A DNA stretch of 64,000 bases from IMG/VR virus record IMGVR_UViG_3300009031_000221, positions 352,001-416,000 of that record; one strand, given 5' to 3'. Position 1 is the first letter of the stretch; every line of letters starts with the position of its first letter. This stretch comes from a virus (Duplodnaviria > Caudoviricetes). A program made the position numbers and the translations under genes. The notes below the pieces were generated by a model. That model saw only the letters and a program-made list of their open reading frames with translations, made no database searches and was not told the origin of the DNA. Below are positions 27,671-37,176 of this stretch, piece by piece.

Positions 27671-28063
27671 CTAGACCCCAGGGTTTTCCCGAAGTGCCTT
27701 ATCCAGCCACGCGGATAACGACAAGGGGATCGTGATAGATGGGGATGCGGTATACCTATTAGGGAAGTCCTTCAGGTTATTGCACAACTCCTGAAGGTTG
27801 TAATAGGGGCGTGTCTCCCGATCCAGACTGATTTCCAACGTCCAATTCAATTCTTTGTGAACGGGTGATTCCCACATGCGCTTCAACAGGGGCAAGGCCT
27901 TGTGCTCCCGCTGTGCTTGGTTCCAAGCGGCATCCTTCTTTGCCCTGAGGGCATCGATGCTTTGTTCACACCAATCGTGAATGCGTTCCAAGGAGGGCTT
28001 GGTAGGAAGGCCTCGAGTGATCATAGGTTCCTGTGTAGGATGCGTAGACGGGGGGAACAACAT
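27671..28063 (-). CDS. hypothetical protein
   Basis: 130-aa ORF. Confidence 0.5.
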   Translation of the reverse strand: MLFPPSTHPTQEPMITRGLPTKPSLERIHDWCEQSIDALRAKKDAAWNQAQREHKALPLLKRMWESPVHKELNWTLEISLDRETRPYYNLQELCNNLKDFPNRYTASPSITIPLSLSAWLDKALRENPGV

Positions 28064-28066
28064 GAA

Positions 28067-28384
28067 TTAGACCTCTACGGGGATGGTGTCAGTAGGCCCG
28101 CCGCACTTCGGGCATGTAAGATCTGCCTTGGGGTGTACAGCGGGATCGAGATTGTCATTCCAAGAGCAACGGGCATTCGAGTTGACGGCAACGGTGATAT
28201 GAACACATGCCCCACGCTGCTTGAAGTAGCGGCATGCACATGTCCATCCGTATTGAACACGCTGCCGGTTGAGTTCCGCACCGGACAAGTGTCCATACTG
28301 GACGGTATACTTCTCCCCGTCCTCATCTGGAATGATGGTTTGCCAATGGATGTTGGCATGGCATGTCCTAGCAATCTCAGCCAT
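28067..28384 (-). CDS. SWIM zinc-finger protein
   Basis: WTCACRYFKQRGACVHI plus CPKCG; start moved to MAEIA. Confidence 0.7.
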   Translation of the reverse strand: MAEIARTCHANIHWQTIIPDEDGEKYTVQYGHLSGAELNRQRVQYGWTCACRYFKQRGACVHITVAVNSNARCSWNDNLDPAVHPKADLTCPKCGGPTDTIPVEV

Positions 28385-28607
28385 GTGGGGGTTCCTTGGG
28401 GAATACGCATCCGACTTGCTTGTAGATCCGCAGGCGCCGCAATGCGAACAGTGTCGCGGATAGCCCGATGATGACATATGCCATGTAGTTCGGGATGCCT
28501 AAGTTATGGGCCAGATCTGCACTGACCTGAAGGGCGAATCCCGTACCGAAACCTAGCAATGCTACGAACTTGAGATCCAGTGCCTGGATGATAGGTTTGA
28601 TGTTCAT
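28377..28607 (-). CDS. small two-TM membrane protein
   Basis: Two hydrophobic helices, basic tail, GGAGG SD; follows promoter copy 7. Confidence 0.55.
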   Translation of the reverse strand: MNIKPIIQALDLKFVALLGFGTGFALQVSADLAHNLGIPNYMAYVIIGLSATLFALRRLRIYKQVGCVFPKEPPHG

Positions 28608-28623
28608 GGCGCCCTCCATCTTG

Positions 28624-28650
28624 ATCTACGCGATCCAAGATAGAAGTAAG
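28624..28650 (-). promoter_or_regulatory. promoter-like motif, copy 7
   Basis: atctacgc-gatccaagatag-aagtaag. Confidence 0.75.
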
Positions 28651-28655
28651 CCGTG

Positions 28656-29804
28656 TCAACCTAGCCTGCCCTTGAAATCTTCGTACCCGAACGTCCGTCT
28701 GAGGATGACTTCACCATCAGACGTGTAGCTCGCGATGGCAGGGTGCTTGACGCCGTTGAAGAACGTCGTCTTGACCATCGTGTACTGCATCATGTCATCG
28801 AACATGAGTCGATCCCCTATTTGAAGGGGTTGATCGAAGGAATAGTCCCCCACAATGTCCCCTGACAAACAAGTTGTGCCCCCCAAACGATACGTGTGAG
28901 GCTTCTCAAAAGCTATACCTGCATTGAGAAGGACGGGGCGATAGGGCATCTCCAGGCAATCCGGCATATGAGCAGCAGCAGATACATCCAGGATAGCGAG
29001 ATCCATACCGTTACGGGTGATGTCCAATACGGTAGTGATCAACCATCCCGAATTTAGCACCACAGCCTCCCCAGGCTCAAGGATGACCTCAACCCCCCAA
29101 CGTTCCTTGAACGCCCGCAGGGTGCGAATCAACCCTTCTACATCATAGCCATCCTTGGTGATATGCTGACCCCCTCCCAGGTTGATCCACTTCATCCTGG
29201 GAAGAATATCCCCGAAGCGATCTTCCAGAGCCCGAATCACGTTTGCTACGGCTTCCGCATCGGGGGATTCGCATAGCACATGGACATGCAGGCCGTCAAT
29301 GCCCTCTAGAAGGTCTTCCCGGAATTCTGAACGAACCACGCCCATCCTACTGTACTTCTGACACGGGTCATAGATTTCCGCGACCGCATTGGACCATTCA
29401 GGGTTAACCCGAATTCCAATAGATGGAGGGTTGCGGCGGGATTGAACCTGATCGCGATACCGCTGCCATTGGGAAAACGAATTGAAGGTCAGGTGCGAAA
29501 CCCGTGGCAAGATTCTGTTGATGTCCGAATCGGAGTAGGCAGGGGCGTAGGCATGAATTTCCCCGCCAAATGTGTCACGGGCAAGGTCTACTTCATTGGG
29601 ACTCGAGGCTGCCGTGCCCCGAAGATGTGGGCGGAGAAGCGGGAATGCATGCCACATGGCAAAGGCCTTGAGGGCGGCAATGATGGTGCATCCAGACTGT
29701 TCTTGGACATACGCGAGGATCTCGACATTGTGTTTCAACCTGGATTCGTCAAGCAAAAAGCAAGGCGAAGGCAAAGGTGCAATGTCGCGATCCAGAATGT
29801 CCAT
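28656..29804 (-). CDS. nspC: carboxynorspermidine/carboxyspermidine decarboxylase
   Basis: ALKAF (PLP Lys), YDPC..YSRMG, GLHVHVLCE, NLGGG, EPGE, HMPDCLEMPYRP, TCLSGD, YTMVKTTFFNG. Confidence 0.92.
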   Translation of the reverse strand: MDILDRDIAPLPSPCFLLDESRLKHNVEILAYVQEQSGCTIIAALKAFAMWHAFPLLRPHLRGTAASSPNEVDLARDTFGGEIHAYAPAYSDSDINRILPRVSHLTFNSFSQWQRYRDQVQSRRNPPSIGIRVNPEWSNAVAEIYDPCQKYSRMGVVRSEFREDLLEGIDGLHVHVLCESPDAEAVANVIRALEDRFGDILPRMKWINLGGGQHITKDGYDVEGLIRTLRAFKERWGVEVILEPGEAVVLNSGWLITTVLDITRNGMDLAILDVSAAAHMPDCLEMPYRPVLLNAGIAFEKPHTYRLGGTTCLSGDIVGDYSFDQPLQIGDRLMFDDMMQYTMVKTTFFNGVKHPAIASYTSDGEVILRRTFGYEDFKGRLG

Positions 29805-29944
29805 TCATTTTCCTCCCAAACGATAGATACTTTGTAGTGGTTCTAATCACAGATAGCTTGGGCCTATCAAGGTTTTACCGGGTTTCGGTAGATTGATTAT
29901 GACTAGCCTAGTCTAGCCACTATCGGCATATAGGATTTCTACAC

Positions 29945-30880
29945 ATGCGTACACTAAAGAAGGGTTGCCGCGGAGCGGATGTCCAGAATTTTCAGCAGTT
30001 CCTTCGTGGATTCCAATGCGATGAAATGGGTGAATGCACTGTAGCGGCTGCTTCGGATGCGGTTGTTGCGGATGGCATCTTCGGGCCGGCAACAGAAAAG
30101 GCCGTCAAGGCATGGCAAACGGCACGCCAGTTGACCGCAGATGGAGTTATCGGCCCAAATACGTGGAAGGCTGCAGTCAAGGACGGGTTCCCTACTGAAG
30201 CCGTGCCTGTAGTGGACAACGGAGATCAGAACGTTCCGCCTGATCCAACAGACGTGACGGCTGATATACCCACTTTGGACAAGGTTTCACCTGGGTGGCC
30301 TGCACGTCCTGCGGGGGCGTCCCCATTGGTCTCGAATGAATCCCGTTGTGCCGTGTTCGGCAAGTTTGCCTACAAGGATGATCCGACGCCAAAGAACCCT
30401 GAGCACATTCAAATCACAGATAACTGGGCTGCAACGAACATCGCAACGTTCCTCATCCCTCAGTTGGCGGGGCTACCTGGCGCCCCTATGGGCGGCAAGG
30501 TTTCCATGCACCGTTTGGCAGGGCCTCAGTTCGTTGCTTGGTTCCGTGCCATTGAAGCAAAGGGACTAGCCAATCGCCTGATCAGCTTCGGCGGATGCTG
30601 GGTACCTCGTTACGTTCGTGGGTCAAAGACACGTTTATCAAACCATGCTTGGGGTACCGCTATTGACATCAATGTCCCATGGAATGCTCGTGGACATCAA
30701 TCGGCATTGTTTGGCATGAAGGGGTGCGTCCGGGAACTAGCAGAGATCTGCTACGACTTTGGAATATTCTGGGGCGGATGGTACTTAAATGCTCCTTGCG
30801 ACGGCATGCATTTTGAGCAATTCCGGGTACTTACACAGGATGAATTGAAAGCGGCTAAGGTCAAGCATGGGATTGTGTAA
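29945..30880 (+). CDS. endolysin: PG-binding domain plus M15 peptidase
   Basis: DGIFGPATEKAVKAWQ...L.ADGVIGPNTW; R...SNHAWGTAID...DGMHFE. Confidence 0.9.
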   Translation: MRTLKKGCRGADVQNFQQFLRGFQCDEMGECTVAAASDAVVADGIFGPATEKAVKAWQTARQLTADGVIGPNTWKAAVKDGFPTEAVPVVDNGDQNVPPDPTDVTADIPTLDKVSPGWPARPAGASPLVSNESRCAVFGKFAYKDDPTPKNPEHIQITDNWAATNIATFLIPQLAGLPGAPMGGKVSMHRLAGPQFVAWFRAIEAKGLANRLISFGGCWVPRYVRGSKTRLSNHAWGTAIDINVPWNARGHQSALFGMKGCVRELAEICYDFGIFWGGWYLNAPCDGMHFEQFRVLTQDELKAAKVKHGIV

Positions 30881-30881
30881 C

Positions 30882-31625
30882 ATGACTGTCGGGATCTACA
30901 AAATTACCAATAACATAAATGGCAAATGCTATGTGGGCCAGAGCTGGAACATTGAAAAGCGATGGAGGGACTACCATTCTTCATATGTGAATTTGCAACA
31001 GCCTAAACTTTACAATGCTTTCCAGAAGTACGGCAAAGACAAGTTTGTTTTTGAAGTATTGGTGCAACTCACAGCTGGATCCACACAGGATCAATTGGAT
31101 GTTTTGGAGATCCAATTGATGGATCAACTAGACAGTATTCGTTCAGGGTACAACATCCGAGGGGGTGGTAGCCGAGGACGACACTCCCCCGAAACAATCG
31201 CCAAAATGCAATATGCACATACTGGAAAGACACACACAGACGCAACCAAAACCAAAATTAGGGATCTTCGCACAGGTCAATGTTTGACCCCGGAAACATG
31301 TGCTAAGATGAGTGATGCCAATCGGTTCAAACCAATGTCGGATGAAACCCTGGCACGCCGTTTGGACCCCACATATCGGGCAGATGTGAAACTAGCCCGA
31401 AGGCTAGAATACAATCGGAATAAGGTAAAGTCTCATCGAGGGGTAGGAAAACCTAAAGACCCGATTTCGCAGCAAACTTTGGATCATATGGTGATTATGT
31501 TCAAGGCAGGGCATTCCCTCGGGTCTATCGCACGCACAGTAGGATACAGCCACCCTACTGTTCGAACCTATCTGAAACGAATGCTAACACCAGCAGAATT
31601 GGTGGCAAAATCCAAGGACAAATAA
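30882..31625 (+). CDS. GIY-YIG homing endonuclease with NUMOD3-like repeats
   Basis: GIYKITNNINGKCYVGQS..R...; GYN; HSPETIAKM / HTDATKTKI repeats. Confidence 0.9.
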   Translation: MTVGIYKITNNINGKCYVGQSWNIEKRWRDYHSSYVNLQQPKLYNAFQKYGKDKFVFEVLVQLTAGSTQDQLDVLEIQLMDQLDSIRSGYNIRGGGSRGRHSPETIAKMQYAHTGKTHTDATKTKIRDLRTGQCLTPETCAKMSDANRFKPMSDETLARRLDPTYRADVKLARRLEYNRNKVKSHRGVGKPKDPISQQTLDHMVIMFKAGHSLGSIARTVGYSHPTVRTYLKRMLTPAELVAKSKDK

Positions 31626-32221
31626 TGGCACAAACCAACGTCATTCGCATCCCGTTTGATCCGCCGGCGGCAATATGGTCGATCATCCGGAAGTGGGCTC
31701 CTGATAGAGGCCCTGCGAAAACAATGATCCTCCACAAGAATGATGAAGGCGGTGTCCCTGCTACCCTCATCATCGCTTCTTCGCAATGGATGCAGGATAT
31801 GTCACGGTCATTCCTGAATGACTGGGATGGGCGTTCAGATCTCGCGACATGGAAGCAGTGGGACAAGTCCATCAAGCAAGCGGTTCGTTGGCTAGTAGGG
31901 CAAGAGAGAATAGCCCGAAAGGCACTACAGGTGGTGAAAATGGGGGGTGCTCAACGGGTAGCTAATCGGTATATGAAGACCGCAGGGAATCTAAATGATA
32001 CGGATCTTGAGGATCTACTAGCATTCGCAAATGCTTTTAATAACCTTGGGGATGCCGTCCAGGATCAATTCCGGGAATTGCTGGAAGGATATACTGGAGG
32101 ATTCCTTGCGGACATGGAGTTGAATCCCCATGCCGTAAAGATGATCAAGATGAAGATGGGCAATATGCATGGCGGGATTCGTGCCGCATGTATCGCATGG
32201 GAAACTCGTCCAGGCGCTTAG
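31625..32221 (+). CDS. hypothetical protein with RVANRY motif
   Basis: 198-aa ORF; AQRVANRYMKTAG. Confidence 0.6.
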   Translation: MAQTNVIRIPFDPPAAIWSIIRKWAPDRGPAKTMILHKNDEGGVPATLIIASSQWMQDMSRSFLNDWDGRSDLATWKQWDKSIKQAVRWLVGQERIARKALQVVKMGGAQRVANRYMKTAGNLNDTDLEDLLAFANAFNNLGDAVQDQFRELLEGYTGGFLADMELNPHAVKMIKMKMGNMHGGIRAACIAWETRPGA

Positions 32222-33024
32222 GGTTCCCAACGTAGACGATACTTCCCGTTCAGGATAGGAACGACCTGCATAGTGATATCATGCGTCCCCTTGGCACGGT
32301 GAATCAATCCGAATCCATTTTGCCAGTTGGGACAAGGAGACCCGGGGACAATCCCATCCAAGCGGGCGAGAGTGCCGGGTGACATTGAATGGATGATTTT
32401 AGTACCCTCGTATGTGTGAATTGTCCTACTCGCCATCTCTGTCCGGTGAATATGCCCGAAGCACGTATGGAACGGGCGGGATTGCAGCCTAGCCGCAACA
32501 GTCTGCCCACCCTGACTGCGTACCAAATCCCCGTGTGTGCATTCGACTCCATTTGCACCCCATAGCCAGTAGGCCGCCCCATAAGGGCCGATGTACTGGA
32601 CGTTAACCGCTGGGGCGTCTAATGCCATCAGGGAGGGAATGGATAGAGCGGAATACTTAGAACCTACAGGGGTCAACCCCATAGCCTCAGGTGCCATCGC
32701 CATCAAATACTTCTGGATCCGTTGCTCGTGATTACCCTCGAGCCAGATAATGGGAACGGTACGACCTACAATAGCCCGAAGGCGTACCAACCATTCTCGT
32801 AGCGTAATCATCGCCAACTGCGTCGTTGCCCTGTCCTCAGGACTGACAAGAAACTTCGTTGACCAGGATGCAAGGTCAAGGTTGTCCCCTAGCATGATAA
32901 CTTCGCTCGGCTTGACAGCCCTTGCTGCGTCTAACACTGCCTCCATTGCTGCCGTATCGTGTAGGGGCTCAGAGCCATGAAATCCGACATGAATATCGGG
33001 TACAATTAGTGCGACCTGTCGCAT
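32218..33024 (-). CDS. calcineurin-like metallophosphoesterase
   Basis: PDIH, GDNLD, GNHE, THG, GHIH. Confidence 0.88.
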   Translation of the reverse strand: MRQVALIVPDIHVGFHGSEPLHDTAAMEAVLDAARAVKPSEVIMLGDNLDLASWSTKFLVSPEDRATTQLAMITLREWLVRLRAIVGRTVPIIWLEGNHEQRIQKYLMAMAPEAMGLTPVGSKYSALSIPSLMALDAPAVNVQYIGPYGAAYWLWGANGVECTHGDLVRSQGGQTVAARLQSRPFHTCFGHIHRTEMASRTIHTYEGTKIIHSMSPGTLARLDGIVPGSPCPNWQNGFGLIHRAKGTHDITMQVVPILNGKYRLRWEP

Positions 33025-33077
33025 CCGTTCCGCCTATTAGCCCAAAGTGAAATAGGGCCATATTTGCATATACGTCG

Positions 33078-33105
33078 AACCATACCCATCAAGATGGGTA
33101 TGGTT
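33078..33105. terminator. intergenic hairpin
   Basis: aaccatacccatc-aa-gatgggtatggtt inverted repeat. Confidence 0.5.
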
Positions 33106-33162
33106 GCGATTATTGTAGCTGATCGATAGAAACATTTGAACCCTTACGTTAGGGATTCAACA

Positions 33163-33582
33163 CTATTTCAAAGGGGCGCCTGAAGACGGGTTTGCAAGCA
33201 TCCCTTCGTTCAGATTGTTCAAGAAATCCGCAGCCATGTCAATATGCTTTGCTACGGTAAGTTCTCGCAATTCGCGAACTGCGAACATCTGGCAGGCCCG
33301 TAGCAACTGGTAGTACGCTACAATGCCGTCCTCATTATTGTGATTTGCTACAAGGTTACGGGCATGGAGGAGGATAGATGCAGGCGTGCCCATCTCCGTA
33401 GCTGCCTTCTCGAGCAACGGACGGATATGAGGGCGTAGCTCAGGATTCGTTGTCCCAAGCTTGATCAATTCTTCCCGTAGATCACTCGAAGCCCGCTTGC
33501 CCCGAATCAAAGGACGAATGTGGGGACGCAGTTTCGGATGGGTTGTGCCTAATTTGATTAGGTCTTCACGCAAGTCGATCAT
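33163..33582 (-). CDS. hypothetical protein with a tandem 24-aa N-terminal repeat
   Basis: DLREDLIKLGTTHPKLRPHIRPLI / DLREELIKLGTTNPELRPHIRPLL. Confidence 0.7.
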   Translation of the reverse strand: MIDLREDLIKLGTTHPKLRPHIRPLIRGKRASSDLREELIKLGTTNPELRPHIRPLLEKAATEMGTPASILLHARNLVANHNNEDGIVAYYQLLRACQMFAVRELRELTVAKHIDMAADFLNNLNEGMLANPSSGAPLK

Positions 33583-33649
33583 GTTAGGTTCCTCGATAAG
33601 TCCTACGGGAGTAGCCCTATAGGGACTCTAACGGGATCCTAATTCCCAT

Positions 33650-34852
33650 CTACCCCTTGGTCAGTGCATTCATGGCAGTGTCACTAAGGAATGTGGTTTC
33701 CGCACCCCAAATGATAACCGCCAGCAATCCGAGGTAGACGATACCCACAATGGCACGATCCCGCTTGGAAATCTCGTAGTAGCTAGGACTAGGGTCACGT
33801 GCTTTCATCTCCATGATGCCCACAATTGCCATGATGGCAAGCAACACGCTATGGAAGTAGATCGTTGCAACCACCCCGAATCCGAATCCGAACTTGATGA
33901 ACCGCTGAGACAATGCCTGCACAATTCGACCCCCGTCCATCGGAAGCATGGGCAACATGTTGAACAGGTTGATCACGAACCCAACGTAGGCAATAGCCTG
34001 GAGCATCGGGGAATGGTAGACCATTGCCAGGATCATCGTGACCAGGGCGCCGACAGTGCCTAGCAGCGGACCACCCAGGCCAACCATAGCTTCCTTCCAC
34101 GATGAAGCGGGCATTTCCTTCAAGTCAATGACGGCACCAACGAAAGGGATGAACATAGGAGCGGAGGCCTTGATCCCCATCCGACGAAGGACATAGACGT
34201 GTCCAAATTCGTGAATTGCCAGGAGGATGACAAACCCCGCAGCGAAGGGCAACCCCCAAGTCCAGGCGTAAACCCCGATCATGAACAACATGGACAGGAC
34301 GAACTTGCCCTTGGCCAGGAGCTTGAGGGCAAGGACTGCCGCCAAGGCAAGGTACTGGTAGCCGGGCATCTTTTTCAGGAGGTCGTGGAACTTCCGAATC
34401 AACCAAGCGAACGGAATGGCGACGACGAAAAGTACGAACATCAAGGGTTGAAGCATCCACTTCTTCATGAACTGGAATGCAGGGCTCAGGAATTTCACTG
34501 CCCTCTTGTAGACAGGTTCTACGACATCAATGGCCTTGACCACCTTCCTGAAGACAGCCCGCTCTAGGCGTTTTTCCCATGGGACGTAATTGTACTCAAG
34601 GTCGATCTCGGCGCCCATGCCCTTGAGGATATCCGCATGCCCGAAACCCCTGGTCTTCAGCCACTTGTCATCCTTGTTGAAACGGGCGTTGACGGTGATA
34701 TCCCACTCAGGGGAATCTAGCAGGATGGCAGCCGCCCGTTCGTAGGCAACATTCGCATCCGTAGCCGCCTTCGCGACAATGCCGCTATCGATGACGGTGC
34801 CCGGAGTTACCGCCTTCAGGTTGGTAAAGAACAATTGCTCAGCGGCGTCCAT
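33650..34852 (-). CDS. site-2 protease (M50 family) with soluble N-terminal extension
   Basis: HEFGH, GPLLG, NLFNMLPMLPMDGG; multiple TMs; start moved to MDAAE (GGAG SD). Confidence 0.9.
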   Translation of the reverse strand: MDAAEQLFFTNLKAVTPGTVIDSGIVAKAATDANVAYERAAAILLDSPEWDITVNARFNKDDKWLKTRGFGHADILKGMGAEIDLEYNYVPWEKRLERAVFRKVVKAIDVVEPVYKRAVKFLSPAFQFMKKWMLQPLMFVLFVVAIPFAWLIRKFHDLLKKMPGYQYLALAAVLALKLLAKGKFVLSMLFMIGVYAWTWGLPFAAGFVILLAIHEFGHVYVLRRMGIKASAPMFIPFVGAVIDLKEMPASSWKEAMVGLGGPLLGTVGALVTMILAMVYHSPMLQAIAYVGFVINLFNMLPMLPMDGGRIVQALSQRFIKFGFGFGVVATIYFHSVLLAIMAIVGIMEMKARDPSPSYYEISKRDRAIVGIVYLGLLAVIIWGAETTFLSDTAMNALTKG

Positions 34853-35144
34853 GGCGGCTCCTTGTCTGTTTGATTGCGGGCATTTTACCGGTGGCAAGCC
34901 ACCATAGGTAATGTCCCTCACATGGGACATACCCTTTGCCGGTTAGAATTGCATGCGTGTGGCGCGGGTTCAGGGTACTTTGCACACGTCGGGGAAGCCC
35001 TTCAAAGGGCGTGCCCTTCAATTTGGCATCAATGAGGTAGAGGATATTGAACTCAACCCCCATGCCGAAACGAATACCACAACACCACGGGATGCCATGC
35101 TTGCGGCCTTCCTTGGCCCAGTCCATGATGTCCCGAATCTTCAT
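34839..35144 (-). CDS. hypothetical protein
   Basis: ATGA overlap with the upstream stop. Confidence 0.5.
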   Translation of the reverse strand: MKIRDIMDWAKEGRKHGIPWCCGIRFGMGVEFNILYLIDAKLKGTPFEGLPRRVQSTLNPRHTHAILTGKGYVPCEGHYLWWLATGKMPAIKQTRSRHGRR

Positions 35145-35605
35145 TTGATTGGCACCCATAGCGTATTGGTGTCGTACTTCAGGGGACTCATGGCATCCCG
35201 CAGATCTTTCGGGGCAGTCTTTCGTTTGCCTCGAAGGTAATTCAGGATGTCACACCGTCCGCCATAGGTAGCCGGAATGGCATGAGCATTAGCTAATTGC
35301 GCCGCCAGGAACCGATGATGTCCGTCGATGATGACAGGAGGCCCGATAGTTTCGTACGTGCAATCGTTGTCCAGTTCGATGGGTTCCATGGGGAGCCCTG
35401 ACCACATGCCCTCAGCCAAGTAATGAATCCGTCCCAGGTGCCAAGCCCTACCATCATCCCCGTAGACCTCCGTCCTCCAATGGGACTGGATCGGGGCTGC
35501 CATTACCTCTTCATCGGTAATCGTGCCCAAGCCTAACCGTTCCGCCGCATCGTAGAACTGAGCCAAGCGGTTGACGATGATGTAGTAGACGGGATCCTTA
35601 GCCAT
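35141..35605 (-). CDS. ParB/sulfiredoxin-like domain protein
   Basis: VIIDGHHRFLAAQL...IPA. Confidence 0.7.
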   Translation of the reverse strand: MAKDPVYYIIVNRLAQFYDAAERLGLGTITDEEVMAAPIQSHWRTEVYGDDGRAWHLGRIHYLAEGMWSGLPMEPIELDNDCTYETIGPPVIIDGHHRFLAAQLANAHAIPATYGGRCDILNYLRGKRKTAPKDLRDAMSPLKYDTNTLWVPIK

Positions 35606-35752
35606 GACAACCTACTTGGCGGGGTTGCACATCTTCGTGCAGTCGCATTTGGGTGCCGGGATCTGCATCTCCAGGTACAGGAGCAATATGAACAGCCCAG
35701 TACTGAGTTTGTTGTTTCGAACCCAATTCAAGAACTTCATGATGTTGTACTC

Positions 35753-36226
35753 CTACCCGTTGATCCAACGGATGTTTTGTTCACGTTCCGCTCGTTCGAC
35801 CTGAGCCTCATCGGCGAGGCGCATTTCCAGGGCACTCGAGAAGCCCTGACGGGTTGCCTTAGCATCCTCGGCATCCATACGGAACTGTTCAGCGATGGTT
35901 TCCGCCGCGCCAACCCAAGCCTTGGGCGAACGATCGCCCACCGGCAACAGGTCGTAGCATGCGGGATTGAAATTGCCCGTGAACCCGTGCCGGAACGCCA
36001 TGGAACGAAAGACCTCAAATGCCTGACGCCACATTTCCAAGGAGTGGCGCTTCATGTCGAACACGGCTTCTTTATCCTCGGGATGTGGCACGCCGATACC
36101 ATGGGTCTTGCAACGATGCCACGTATCGAACGGGGACAGGAGCCAACCGCCACGGCAAGGGCACGTGTCCGGACGAATCTCGTTCCAAGCGCCCGATTCC
36201 AGTTCACGGTAGATGTCAGCGTTCAT
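35753..36226 (-). CDS. hypothetical protein
   Basis: First gene after promoter copy 8; CPCRGGW...C..H. Confidence 0.6.
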   Translation of the reverse strand: MNADIYRELESGAWNEIRPDTCPCRGGWLLSPFDTWHRCKTHGIGVPHPEDKEAVFDMKRHSLEMWRQAFEVFRSMAFRHGFTGNFNPACYDLLPVGDRSPKAWVGAAETIAEQFRMDAEDAKATRQGFSSALEMRLADEAQVERAEREQNIRWING

Positions 36227-36269
36227 CGTAGGTTCCTTCGGGGGCGTCGTCTGCGTCCCCCTGTAGTAT

Positions 36270-36296
36270 ATCTACGCTGCTATCGTGGAAAGTAAG
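36270..36296 (-). promoter_or_regulatory. promoter-like motif, copy 8
   Basis: atctacgc-tgctatcgtgga-aagtaag. Confidence 0.75.
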
Positions 36297-36302
36297 TCCA
36301 GG

Positions 36303-36506
36303 CTAGCTATTTGCCGTTTCCTTTGCCGGTTCTTTTGGCGAAATCCCGTAGGCGGCATCCAGCATATGGTCACAGAGGGACCGCACCTTCACGTCGAAGG
36401 TGTCATCCCAACCGGACATCGTACGCCCACGTTCAGCGCGTTCCTCGGCAATGAGTACCTTCAGTCGTTCCGCAAGACTCTGAATTTCATCCATTCGGTG
36501 TGCCAT
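36303..36506 (-). CDS. hypothetical protein
   Basis: 67-aa ORF with SD. Confidence 0.5.
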   Translation of the reverse strand: MAHRMDEIQSLAERLKVLIAEERAERGRTMSGWDDTFDVKVRSLCDHMLDAAYGISPKEPAKETANS

Positions 36507-36515
36507 GATTCGCTC

Positions 36516-36917
36516 CTATACCAAGTTCAGCATGAAGGGTGCCTCAACGGGCTGCAGGTAGAAGGCAACCTGCCCTCCGCCAACCGGGATTTCATTCCAC
36601 ATTTCCCAGTCTTCCCATAGGGTCTGGCTGAGGAGTTGTGCGTTATCCAGGGAACCGAATTGCCCTTCCGCATCCAGGTAATCGCCGTTTCGGTCTACGA
36701 CCGCGTAGCGGAGGTTGATGTTCGTGAACAATGTAGACGCATTGGGGCCGGCGGGCTCTTCCTTGCACTCGGGCCAGATCGTGTACATCAGGTCGATGCG
36801 TTGCCCAAGCGTCAGGTAGTTCCATTCCGCACGGGTCTGCGCCCCATCCGGGTTCACGTACTCGCACCACAGGTTCCAATCGTTGGCAATTTGGAGGTTC
36901 ATCGGACGGGATCGCAT
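36516..36917 (-). CDS. hypothetical protein
   Basis: 133-aa ORF, GGAG SD. Confidence 0.55.
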   Translation of the reverse strand: MRSRPMNLQIANDWNLWCEYVNPDGAQTRAEWNYLTLGQRIDLMYTIWPECKEEPAGPNASTLFTNINLRYAVVDRNGDYLDAEGQFGSLDNAQLLSQTLWEDWEMWNEIPVGGGQVAFYLQPVEAPFMLNLV

Positions 36918-36926
36918 GGGTGCTCC

Positions 36927-37166
36927 TTACAGGGTGTTGTAGAACTGGACGGCTCCATCCCAATCATGAGCCTGTGTACTCAGTACCTGATAGATAAGCC
37001 CTTCCGCGTCTGTATTCTTGACCACCCATAGGGAGTTATAGGCGTCAAGGACAAGGAACTTCATCCGTCCACTGGAATTTTGACCGCACGCAGCAACGAT
37101 ATGCTGCTGCGTATGCCAGTTGAAGATGTCATGCGGCTGAAGGACGTGTCGGGTATCGCGGCTCAT
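36927..37166 (-). CDS. hypothetical protein
   Basis: Start moved to MSRDT. Confidence 0.5.
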   Translation of the reverse strand: MSRDTRHVLQPHDIFNWHTQQHIVAACGQNSSGRMKFLVLDAYNSLWVVKNTDAEGLIYQVLSTQAHDWDGAVQFYNTL

Positions 37167-37176
37167 GGGTGCTCCT

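Noticed and set aside
28377-28607. Two-TM protein as the holin for the endolysin
   Set aside because: It is on the opposite strand, separated by nspC, and under the repeated accessory-gene promoter. Topology alone is insufficient.
30867-31625. GIY-YIG gene as part of a group I intron in the endolysin
   Set aside because: The endolysin is complete (M15 motifs, own stop) before the endonuclease starts, and no split host gene flanks it.
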